Below, in pieces: positions 50,299 to 58,726 of a stretch of DNA of 64,000 nt; positions within the stretch are counted from its first letter, which is position 1; each line of letters begins with the position of its first letter. The notes beneath the pieces are model-generated. The model was not told the DNA's origin. It searched no databases and worked only from the letters and a program-made list of their open reading frames with translations. Origin of the DNA: Steroidobacteraceae bacterium (GTDB lineage Bacteria > Pseudomonadota > Gammaproteobacteria > Steroidobacterales > Steroidobacteraceae); NCBI GenBank assembly GCA_041395505.1, contig JAWLAG010000002.1, forward strand, positions 555,556 to 619,555, in the 5' to 3' direction. Made by a program: the position numbers and the translations under genes.

Positions 50299-53133
50299 TC
50301 AGCCGGTCGCCGTGTACGGCAGCGACTCCTGGACGCTCGGTCGCTGCGCCAGCAATGTACTGATCTTTCGCGCCGGCAGGGGCCGCGACAGGAGATGTCC
50401 CTGGATGAAATCACAGCCATGTTGACGCAGGAACTCCAGCTGCTCGGCCGTCTCGACTCCCTCGGCAACGACCTCCTTGCCGAGCGCATGGGCCATGGTG
50501 ATGATCGTGTCGGTAAGCGTGGCCGACGCGCCATCGGCTGGCAGGTCCTCGACGAAACTGCGGTCGATCTTGACCACCGCGATCGGGTGCTGCCGCAGAT
50601 AGTTCATGGCCGAATACCCAGTGCCGAAATCATCGAGCGCGATACGTATCCCCAACTTTGCCAGACGCTCGAGCGCATCGCCAGCCGCGCTGGCTGCGAG
50701 CACGGACTCGGTCAACTCGAATTCCACGCAACTGGGTTCGATGGAAAATCGCTGCAGAATACTTTCCGTCAAACCGAAGAACTGCGGGCTATCGAGCTGC
50801 TTGGCGGAGATATTGACGGCCAGCCGGGCCGGCGCAATCTCCTGCGCTCGCCATTCGGCATACTGTTCGCAGGCTGTTTCCAGGACCCAGGCGCCGATGT
50901 CGATGATCAGGCCCGACTGCTCGGCGGCTGGTACGAATTCCTTTGGATCGCGCGGTCGGCCCCGGCTCGCCTGCCAGCGCAGCAGGGCCTCCACCGCGAC
51001 GATTGCGCCGTTGCTGCTCGCGAACTGCGGCTGATAATAGAGCGCGAATTCGCGTCGCTCGAGGGCGCGATGCAGGCCGCTGGTCGTCGCGGTTATTTTC
51101 AGGTCCCGCATGCGCGGCTCGAAGAACACGGCGCGCCCGCGACCACTGTCCTTGGCGCGATACATCGCAAGGTCTGCGTTGCGCATGGCGTCCTCGGCAC
51201 TGGTCGCATCATCGGGCAGCATGGTCACGCCGATACTGGCACCGATCCGGTAGTCCCTGCCGCCGATGCTCACGGGCTTGTGCAGGCTGTGAACGATACG
51301 CTCCGCAACGACCTGCGCGGCCTGTGGATCGGCAATTTGCCGCAGGATGATCGTGAATTCATCGCCACCGATACGCGCGACCGTGTCGCCGTCCTTGACG
51401 CAGCCACGCAGACGTTGGGCCGCAATGGCCAGCACCTGATCGCCCGCAGCATGTCCCAGGCTGTCGTTGATCTTCTTGAAGTGATCGAGATCGACGAACA
51501 GGAGAGCGCTGCGTGCCGAGCCGCCGGCAACCGCGGCGACTTCCTGTTCCAGCCGGTCGGCGAGCAGCAGGCGGTTCGGCAGCCCAGTCATGCCATCGTA
51601 GTGGGCCTGGCGGTAGAGAACCGCATCGCGCGCCTGCTTCGACAGCGCGGCCGCGAGACGTCCGGCGAACTCCTCGACCTGTCTGGCGGTATCGGGTACG
51701 ACGCTGGGTGCATCCTGGAACCCGACTGCCAGCAAAGCACGTAGATCGCCTTCGACATTGACGGGCCACATCCAGAAATACTCGCTGCCGGCCTCGCGCA
51801 ACGGCGCAATGACGCTGTGGCGTGGTTCTTCGCAGCGCGCAATGGTCAGTCCCTGCGGTGAATTCTCGACCATTGGCAGCAGTTCGGCATCGATGGGCAC
51901 ACGCGACATTTCGGCAGCCGCACGCTGGGCTGTCAGGAAATAGTTGCGCCCATAGGAGCGCGTATTCGGATCGAGCAGCACGATGCATGATGACGCAGCA
52001 CCGGTCGTTCGCAGCAATCGCTCCAGCAGGCCATCGACGATGGCCTCGACATCATCGGCTGCGAGCAGCATCCGGTCGACTTCAGCCAGGGTTTCGAGCG
52101 AGCGGAACTCGCCCTCGATGCGCGTCGCGGCGCGGTTGTAGGCATCGACTGCATCGCTGATCTCATCGGCCCGACGCGGCTCCAACCGCGCCTGCTGGTG
52201 CCGGCCCAGCCGGTCGAGCGCCGTCTGCAGCGCGGCCAGCGGTGCAACGTACAGACCGGTGAGGTAGATGACCGCGGCACCCACCGCCAGCAGCAGCGAC
52301 AGCACGGCGGCGAGCGTGATCAGTACGCCACGGGCGGTGAGCAAAGCGCCAGGCGTATTGGCCTGCATGGTGAGCACGGTCAGCGATTGCGGCGCAACGA
52401 GCCCCGAGGGCAGTTGCAGCAGAGCGCTGTGACCCAGCCACTCCCTGCCGCCCGCCTGCCAGCCGAAGCGTTCGGCCGAGGTCTCGAATGCCGCTGGATC
52501 GAACTGCGCACTGACGCCGGTTGGCAGAACCGCGTCGCGCGGAAAACCCGGCGGCGTGAGCAGCGCGCCAGCACCTGCGACAAGTACCAGACCGAATGTG
52601 GGCGCCTGGTCCGGGTCGCTGCCCAGGAGCCAATGCCTGTCGAGTTCGAAGATCGCGAGCCGCGCCTCGGCGGCCGGGCCAATCCTGCGCACGACGAAGA
52701 TGCTGGTATCGCTGTCGAACTGCGCCGTCACCAGCGCAGCCGTATCGACGTTGCGCAGCACGTCCTCGCCAGCGCCGCTACGCATCAAGGTTCGCGCCAC
52801 GGTACCGTTGTGATCTGCCGGCACGACGGTGACCGAGCTGAATGCCGGCGAGACGATCACGTTGGCGCGCAGCACCCGATCGTCACGCCCCGATGCACCG
52901 GCCACCAGCACGGCACTCACGTCACGCGCCGCCGCCAGGCGACTCTGCAGGCCCGAAACGGCTGCTTCGCTGCGCGCCCCGAGCTCACTTTGCATTCGCC
53001 CGGACTCATCGACCGATCGCTGCCATGAGATCAGTCCGAAGAGCACCAGCAGCGGGGCGCATGCGGCCAGGGAGATGACTTCCGCCATCCGCTGGCCGAT
53101 CGATGTTCTCAGATGGCGAAGCAGCTTCTGCAT
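50299..53133 (-). CDS. Membrane sensor diguanylate cyclase/phosphodiesterase (periplasmic sensor-TM-HAMP-GAF/PAS-like-GGDEF-EAL)
   Basis: N-terminal TM, periplasmic region and second TM. GGDEF motif RIGGDEFTI. EAL motif EALLRW with downstream DDFGTGYS and catalytic E/Q residues. Confidence 0.85.
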   Translation of the reverse strand: MQKLLRHLRTSIGQRMAEVISLAACAPLLVLFGLISWQRSVDESGRMQSELGARSEAAVSGLQSRLAAARDVSAVLVAGASGRDDRVLRANVIVSPAFSSVTVVPADHNGTVARTLMRSGAGEDVLRNVDTAALVTAQFDSDTSIFVVRRIGPAAEARLAIFELDRHWLLGSDPDQAPTFGLVLVAGAGALLTPPGFPRDAVLPTGVSAQFDPAAFETSAERFGWQAGGREWLGHSALLQLPSGLVAPQSLTVLTMQANTPGALLTARGVLITLAAVLSLLLAVGAAVIYLTGLYVAPLAALQTALDRLGRHQQARLEPRRADEISDAVDAYNRAATRIEGEFRSLETLAEVDRMLLAADDVEAIVDGLLERLLRTTGAASSCIVLLDPNTRSYGRNYFLTAQRAAAEMSRVPIDAELLPMVENSPQGLTIARCEEPRHSVIAPLREAGSEYFWMWPVNVEGDLRALLAVGFQDAPSVVPDTARQVEEFAGRLAAALSKQARDAVLYRQAHYDGMTGLPNRLLLADRLEQEVAAVAGGSARSALLFVDLDHFKKINDSLGHAAGDQVLAIAAQRLRGCVKDGDTVARIGGDEFTIILRQIADPQAAQVVAERIVHSLHKPVSIGGRDYRIGASIGVTMLPDDATSAEDAMRNADLAMYRAKDSGRGRAVFFEPRMRDLKITATTSGLHRALERREFALYYQPQFASSNGAIVAVEALLRWQASRGRPRDPKEFVPAAEQSGLIIDIGAWVLETACEQYAEWRAQEIAPARLAVNISAKQLDSPQFFGLTESILQRFSIEPSCVEFELTESVLAASAAGDALERLAKLGIRIALDDFGTGYSAMNYLRQHPIAVVKIDRSFVEDLPADGASATLTDTIITMAHALGKEVVAEGVETAEQLEFLRQHGCDFIQGHLLSRPLPARKISTLLAQRPSVQESLPYTATG

Positions 53134-53339
53134 GCTGACGCGTGTGCCCCGGTGGAGTTGTCCGCTAACTTAGCGAACAACCAAAGACCAAGATTGCGAG
53201 TTAACGCAATTTCGGGCCTGACACGGCAACGCCGATCCCGGAACTGCCGACTGCGTCACATGCCCCCTGTGGTTGACTCGCAACGTCGCAGGCGCTAGCG
53301 TCCGCCGCTCGAGCATTCAACTACCTGAGGGAGCCAACG

Positions 53340-53543
53340 ATGGCGAAAGCCAGAAGGACTACGCATCGCAGCAGCAAGGGCACCAAGCTCTATGCGGTTC
53401 GCGATGCCAAGGGCAGATTCAAGGACATCCAGAGCTACAAGCGCGCCCATGCAGCAGACCTGCGCCGCACCTCGAAGGCGGAAGCCGCCGGGAAGCCCGC
53501 GGCCAAGAAAGCGACGCGCAAGAAAGCCAGCAAGAAGAAATAG
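53340..53543 (+). CDS. Small lysine/arginine-rich protein (67 aa)
   Basis: GGAG 9 nt upstream of ATG. Stop is followed immediately by a GC-rich hairpin plus T-tract. KGTKLYAVRDAKGRFKDIQSYKRAH core followed by a KKATRKKASKKK tail. Confidence 0.5.
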   Translation: MAKARRTTHRSSKGTKLYAVRDAKGRFKDIQSYKRAHAADLRRTSKAEAAGKPAAKKATRKKASKKK

Positions 53544-53549
53544 CACGCT

Positions 53550-53581
53550 CCGGCAGCCACCGTCGCTGGCTGCCGGTTTTC
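53550..53581. terminator. Rho-independent terminator (stem CCGGCAGCC..GGCTGCCGG + TTTT)
   Basis: Perfect 9-bp inverted repeat with 8-nt loop followed by TTTT, between convergent genes 53340..53543 (+) and 53596..54288 (-). Could serve both. Confidence 0.55.
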
Positions 53582-53595
53582 GCGAGAACAGATCG

Positions 53596-54288
53596 CTAAT
53601 TTCCGGGCGCAGTTCGGAGCTTGCCAAGCTCCTGCATGGCGTCGTAGGCGTAGCGATAGACGCCACGACGGCCACTGCGGGCACAACCCAGCATTGCGCG
53701 CGCCACCGTATTGGCGCTGATGGCCCGGTACTGCCGTCGCGGGCCACCCAGGAATGGATTGACCGCCGGCATGACCAGCATGGCCGCGAGCTCCGCTGGC
53801 CGCAGTTCGCGGCGCAATCCCAACAGCAGGCCGGGCTGCAGGATATCGAGAGAGCTGAACCCGAGAGCGGCAACAGCGGTTTCCAGCTCGCCCTTGGTCC
53901 GAAGATAGAAGTTGGTCGATGCGCTGTTGGCGCCCGCCGCGGTCAGCAGCACGAAGCGCTGCGCGCCACCCGCGCGCGCGGCCCGCCCAAAAGCCATCAC
54001 GAGGTCGTGGTCGACGCGACGAAACTCCGCCTGTGAGCCGGCACGCTTGATGGTCGTGCCGAGACAGCAGAATGCCGTATCGCAACGCGATCCCTTGAGC
54101 TGTGCCTCCAGCCGCTCGAACTGCACGATCCGGTTCGCGAGCCGCGAGTGATCGCCCGGCAGCGGCCGGCGGGTGATGGCCACCACCCGCGTGAAATCCG
54201 GCACCTCGAGCAGCAGGCTGAGCAGTCGACTACCGACGAAACCGCTGGCGCCCGCGATCCAGGCCTGCTTCGAATCCGTATCGTTCAT
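53596..54288 (-). CDS. NAD(P)H-binding Rossmann-fold protein (atypical SDR/epimerase-like)
   Basis: QAWIAGASGFVGSRLL (GxxGxxG). Short 230-aa NAD(P)-binding fold. Start at MNDTDS. Confidence 0.75.
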   Translation of the reverse strand: MNDTDSKQAWIAGASGFVGSRLLSLLLEVPDFTRVVAITRRPLPGDHSRLANRIVQFERLEAQLKGSRCDTAFCCLGTTIKRAGSQAEFRRVDHDLVMAFGRAARAGGAQRFVLLTAAGANSASTNFYLRTKGELETAVAALGFSSLDILQPGLLLGLRRELRPAELAAMLVMPAVNPFLGGPRRQYRAISANTVARAMLGCARSGRRGVYRYAYDAMQELGKLRTAPGN

Positions 54289-54470
54289 TATTATTCTGCC
54301 ATTGTATTGCGCAGGCACGGCCTTGGCACGCCCAAAGCGCACATCGGGCGCGCCGCCAGGGCTGATCTGCTCGCCAGCACGGAACCCCGGGGGCGTCGCG
54401 AAGGTCAGCTATGGCTGATTGCAGGTTCAAGAAGCGATAGTATGACCGCGACAGCGAACGGGGTGCACCC

Positions 54471-55811
54471 ATGAGGCGATTTGCGGCGTTGATCTGCGGC
54501 ATGCTGACCCTGTCAGCCGCCGCCTGGGCCCAGGACGACAGCGAGCGGCTGGCCCTCTATCAGCAATTTCGCGCCGAATTCGATGCGCGCCGCTTCGAGG
54601 ACGCACTGGCGCGGGCCAACGAGCTGGTCAGTGCGACCGAAAGCACTTTCGGCAACGATGCGCTCGAGCTGGCCATCCCGCTTACCAACGTCGGCACGAC
54701 CGCGCTGCGCCTCGGCAACCTGGGTCTTGCCGAGACATCCTATCTGCGCAGCGTCACGGTGCTCGATGCGAATACCCGCGGCGCCAATGCCGATCTCATC
54801 CCGCCGTTGCATGGACTCGGCCTGACCTACCTGGCGAAGAATGATCCGACGAGCGCCGCGATCGCACTACGCCGCGCGGTCGATCTGTCGCGTAACCTCA
54901 ACGGCCTATACAACATCGGGCAGCTGCCGATCGTGGAGTCGCTGATCAGCGCCGAGGTCGCGCTGAATCAGCTTGCGGACGCCGAGAAGGAGCACCAATA
55001 CGCCTATCGCATCGCGGAAACCAACTACGGCGCGACCGACCCGCGCATGTTGCCCGCCATGGCGAACTACGCGGCCTGGTTCGAGTCCATGGGCCGCTTC
55101 TCGACGGCACGGCGCATGTACGCGCAGGCACTCGGCGTTGCCGAGAACAGTCTGGGCAAAGCCGCCCTCGAGTCGGTGCCGCCATTGCGCGGGATCGCCC
55201 GCACCTACATGCTCGAATTCCTGCTCGGCTACGAGGATCCCGAGGCCAGCGCCGCTGCGCAGGATCCGTTTGCATCCCAGAACCAGACGGGCGCGCAACT
55301 GCAGCGGGTCAATACCGACGGCGAGAAAGCGCTGCTGATTGCGCTCGATCGCATCAACAAGGCGACACCACCCGATCTCGGATTGCGCGGCCAGACCCTG
55401 CTCGACCTCGGCGACTGGTACCTTGTGGGCGCCAATTCCGCCAAGGCGCTCGGTGTCTACCAGCAAGCCTGGCCCGACCTGGTGGCCAGCAACCAGTTGG
55501 ACCTGGTCGCGAAGCCGCGCCAGCTCGCCTACAAGGCGCCGTCGAGTTCCATCACGCGCTCGAGCTACGACCCCGACAAGGAGGATCTTCGGGTGGTCGA
55601 AGTGAAATGCAGCGTGAGCGAAACGGGCAAGATCGGCGATTGTGAGTCGATGCGCAGCGAGGCGTCGGACGCCCAGGAGCGCTCGGTGATTTTCGCGGCG
55701 AAGAAATCCCGCTATGCGCCACGCATGGAAAACGGGGTAACGGTACCGACCGAAGGCATCATCGTGCGCGACTCGCTCGTGGTCGCCAAGCCCGCGCCAC
55801 CGAAATCTTGA
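54471..55811 (+). CDS. Secreted TPR-like protein with TonB-C-like C-terminal domain
   Basis: Signal peptide MRRFAALICGMLTLSAAAWA. Helical-repeat body. C-terminal 80 aa (VVEVKCSVSETGKIGDCESMRS..YAPRMENGVTVPTEGIIVRDSLV) resembles a TonB/TolA C-terminal fold. Confidence 0.55.
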   Translation: MRRFAALICGMLTLSAAAWAQDDSERLALYQQFRAEFDARRFEDALARANELVSATESTFGNDALELAIPLTNVGTTALRLGNLGLAETSYLRSVTVLDANTRGANADLIPPLHGLGLTYLAKNDPTSAAIALRRAVDLSRNLNGLYNIGQLPIVESLISAEVALNQLADAEKEHQYAYRIAETNYGATDPRMLPAMANYAAWFESMGRFSTARRMYAQALGVAENSLGKAALESVPPLRGIARTYMLEFLLGYEDPEASAAAQDPFASQNQTGAQLQRVNTDGEKALLIALDRINKATPPDLGLRGQTLLDLGDWYLVGANSAKALGVYQQAWPDLVASNQLDLVAKPRQLAYKAPSSSITRSSYDPDKEDLRVVEVKCSVSETGKIGDCESMRSEASDAQERSVIFAAKKSRYAPRMENGVTVPTEGIIVRDSLVVAKPAPPKS

Positions 55812-55816
55812 CGCTG

Positions 55817-56611
55817 CTATCGCCCTGCGAGTCGTTCCTGTGGTGGTGGCACGGGCGCAGGCTCCGCGGCCGGCGGCACCGGTTCGGGTAGGGATGCCGG
55901 CGGCGACACAACACCAGTCGCCGGTGCCGTGTCGATGATGGGTACGGCCTCGATGCGATTCGCCCTCGCGCCAGTCGCACTCGCCAGCAGGGGCGCGCCA
56001 TCGCGCAACTGCGCCGCCAGCGTCATCTCGGGAAACTGCACCAGGAATTTCGCGACGGCATCGCGCATGGCGCGCTGGCTGGCGAGGATCAGCGGATTGC
56101 CGCTCGAGACACCCTTCGCGGCACTGTTGCCATAGCCGGTGAGCGTCAGGCTATCAACGGCTGCGCCATCGGGCGTCAGGACGTTGAATCGATAGCGAAT
56201 GGTGACGGCATAGTAGCCGCCACCGGTGTCCTTCGCGGTCGCGAAGGAGAACTGTTCGATCCTGGGTTCGAAAATCGCGCGTAATCCGCTCGCGGCATGA
56301 GCCTCCTCGAGCGTCGAGAACTCGGCGACATCCTTGAATTCCGCGCCGAACAAAGCGCGCACCATGGCAAGGTGGCCCGGTCCAAGTTCGATGGACCAGG
56401 GCACGCCCCAGCGCGATTCCTTATGGACGAAATTGCGCATGTCGGGCTGCACGAGCAGGCCGACGCGTGCTTCGATTGGATTGACGAGCGCACGCGGCAA
56501 CGCCACGGCAGGTGCGATTTCGACGCCGCCGCAGCCGACGATCAGCGCCGCGGCGAGGCAGGCGCCGACCGTTGCGCCAACGCGGCTCAGCGCTCGCCGC
56601 TGAGACACTTG
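55817..56611 (-). CDS. Lipoprotein with Pro-rich C-terminus (last gene of the MotA/VWA/FHA operon)
   Basis: Lipobox ..AAALIVGCGG. C-terminal PPASLPEPVPPAAEPAPVPPP. Start uncertain: ATG at 56692 would overlap the upstream gene by 105 nt, GTG at about 56611 is preferred. Confidence 0.5.
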   Translation of the reverse strand, partial: QVSQRRALSRVGATVGACLAAALIVGCGGVEIAPAVALPRALVNPIEARVGLLVQPDMRNFVHKESRWGVPWSIELGPGHLAMVRALFGAEFKDVAEFSTLEEAHAASGLRAIFEPRIEQFSFATAKDTGGGYYAVTIRYRFNVLTPDGAAVDSLTLTGYGNSAAKGVSSGNPLILASQRAMRDAVAKFLVQFPEMTLAAQLRDGAPLLASATGARANRIEAVPIIDTAPATGVVSPPASLPEPVPPAAEPAPVPPPQERLAGR

Positions 56612-57639
56612 CGCACCCCGCCAAATTCGACCGCAAAGCCGCAGGCGTCGTCCTGGGTGATGCCGACGAAGGTACCGTCGTTCTGCGCGCACATACTGCG
56701 CATTAAGGCGGAAAACTTGATGTTTGTAAATGCCGTGGGACCGGCCACGGCGGGGAATCCAATGGCATGGATGCGCACCATCTTGCGGCCGCCCTTGCCG
56801 GGCAGATTGACCGCCGCCACGGCATCGAGCGCCGTCTGGATGTAATCGCCGGTGTATTCATCGCCGAGCACATAGAGGCTGATGCGCTTGTCCGGCGCCC
56901 AATATCGCCTGATGGCCTCCACGATGCCTTCGACCGGGCTGGAATTGCTGTACGGCGCCCAGTCGGGCATGCGCTCGAGGATGCGCCGCCGCTGCCGGTC
57001 GTTGTCCTCGAGCCACTTGCCGCGGGTGCCCTCGAACATGGGCCGGCCCTCGTCGTCCATGACCTGCAGTCCCTTGACCTTGGGATAGATATCGAGGATT
57101 TCAGTCATCACACCGGCCGCCGTATCCCAGTGCTGGCCGTGCATGCTGTTCGAGGTATCGATGATGAAAATGATGTATTCGCTGTCGACTGGAATGCCGC
57201 CGATCGCGTCCGAACGCAACGGCCGGTCGGGTACCTTGGCTTCGAGCAGCTTGACGTCGGCCGTCAACTGCCGGTAGGCGTCTGCCAGCTCGTTCTCGAC
57301 GATATCGCTCACGCTCGCTTCGTTGCGCGATGTCTTGAACTCACCGCGCACGCTGCTGATATCGCCGGCAAGACGGCTCAGGCGCCTTTTCTCGATCGTG
57401 AGCTTGTCGATGCGACCCTGCAATTCGCGGTTGAGTTGATCGGTCTCGCCGCGCAACGCGAACAGCTCTTCCTGCAGTTTCTTCAATTGCTGGGACAGGT
57501 CCTGTCGCGATTTTTCGATGATCACGGGCTGGCCGAATTCCGACAGCACGAGAAGCAGGATAACCGCGCCGAAACCGCAGCAAATGCAGTCGATGAACGA
57601 CAGGCTGATGATTTCGGTCTCGCGTTGTCGCCGCTTCAT
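56587..57639 (-). CDS. ExbD/TolR-like TM helix + coiled coil + VWA-domain protein (paralog 1)
   Basis: N-terminus MKRRQRETEIISLSFIDCICCGFGAVILLLVL has a single TM helix with buried Asp (compare ExbD/TolR NxTPxIDVxxVLL). Coiled coil follows. VWA domain with MIDAS DTSNS (FIIDTSNSM) and downstream Thr/Asp. Confidence 0.8.
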   Translation of the reverse strand: MKRRQRETEIISLSFIDCICCGFGAVILLLVLSEFGQPVIIEKSRQDLSQQLKKLQEELFALRGETDQLNRELQGRIDKLTIEKRRLSRLAGDISSVRGEFKTSRNEASVSDIVENELADAYRQLTADVKLLEAKVPDRPLRSDAIGGIPVDSEYIIFIIDTSNSMHGQHWDTAAGVMTEILDIYPKVKGLQVMDDEGRPMFEGTRGKWLEDNDRQRRRILERMPDWAPYSNSSPVEGIVEAIRRYWAPDKRISLYVLGDEYTGDYIQTALDAVAAVNLPGKGGRKMVRIHAIGFPAVAGPTAFTNIKFSALMRSMCAQNDGTFVGITQDDACGFAVEFGGVRKCLSGER

Positions 57640-58724
57640 GGCCAGTCCCGCGATGGCATCACGAAACTGCCGCCGCTCTTGCGCGCGACCATCCAGTAAC
57701 GATGTGTCGCAGGCAGATCGCCTTTCATGGGCAGCAAAACGACGTCGATGGGCGTCTTTGCGGGCAGGTCACGCGTTGCGGCATCGAACAGTTTGGCGCG
57801 ATCGCGCACGGAGATGTATTTGGCGAATCCCGGCGGGGTGCTGCCCTGCGTTGGCAGGCCATCGGTGATCAACACGATCTGATCCGGCGCAGGCTTCAGG
57901 TCCTTCAAAGCCGCCAGCGCATTGACCAGGCTCGTGCCCTCCTCCGGTACGAGTTCACGGACGGCGTCGCGCAAGCGTCCGCGTGTGGCGCGGTCATCGG
58001 CACGCAACCACTTGCCTGCAGTCTCGCCGAGCACGGCCTTCGAATTGACGTTGAATGCATACAGCTGGTAGCTCGATTCGCCGGGCAACTGCGTGCTGAG
58101 CCAGTCGACGATGCGCACTGCGCGGCGCCACTTCTCGGTGCGCCGGCGCGTCTCAGGCGCGGTATTGCGCAAACGAAGGATCTCCACGACGTCGTCGTGC
58201 ATCATGCTGGCCGAGCGGTCCAGCAGGATCAGGATTCGCTTGCCACGCAAATTAAGGCCATTGATATAGCGTCTCGGACCGCCACGCAGCTTGCCCGTCG
58301 CCGAGGGTAGATCATCTTCGCCCGCACGCGCCGACAACCGCCGCGATTCCTCCTCCAGCGAACGCACGTCGGCCTTCAGTTTCTCGATGTGCTCGCGTCG
58401 CGCCAGCGTCTCCTTGTCGAAGACGGACGACTGCTCGCGCCGTTCCTGGATCTCCTGCACGAAGCGTCGCGCGCGCTCGGCGGCGGATGCGGTTTCACTG
58501 GTGGTCTTCTCGAGCGTATTGCGCAACACGACCAGATTCTTGGTGCCTTCCAGCACTTCGATTTCGAGACGGCTGACTTCGGCCGCGAGATCGTCGGTAC
58601 GCCGGATACGCTCCTGGCCGCTTTGTGCGCTGATGATGGTATAGAAAAGGATCACGGCACCGAAGCCGCAGCTGATGCAGTCGAGGAAGGACAGGCTGAA
58701 GACTTCGACCTTGCGGCGGGGCAT
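57636..58724 (-). CDS. ExbD/TolR-like TM helix + coiled coil + VWA-domain protein (paralog 2)
   Basis: N-terminus MPRRKVEVFSLSFLDCISCGFGAVILFYTII. Coiled coil. VWA MIDAS LLDRSASM, downstream T and D (VLITDGLPT). Its stop overlaps the paralog-1 start (ATGA). Confidence 0.8.
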   Translation of the reverse strand: MPRRKVEVFSLSFLDCISCGFGAVILFYTIISAQSGQERIRRTDDLAAEVSRLEIEVLEGTKNLVVLRNTLEKTTSETASAAERARRFVQEIQERREQSSVFDKETLARREHIEKLKADVRSLEEESRRLSARAGEDDLPSATGKLRGGPRRYINGLNLRGKRILILLDRSASMMHDDVVEILRLRNTAPETRRRTEKWRRAVRIVDWLSTQLPGESSYQLYAFNVNSKAVLGETAGKWLRADDRATRGRLRDAVRELVPEEGTSLVNALAALKDLKPAPDQIVLITDGLPTQGSTPPGFAKYISVRDRAKLFDAATRDLPAKTPIDVVLLPMKGDLPATHRYWMVARKSGGSFVMPSRDWP

Positions 58725-58726
58725 GC

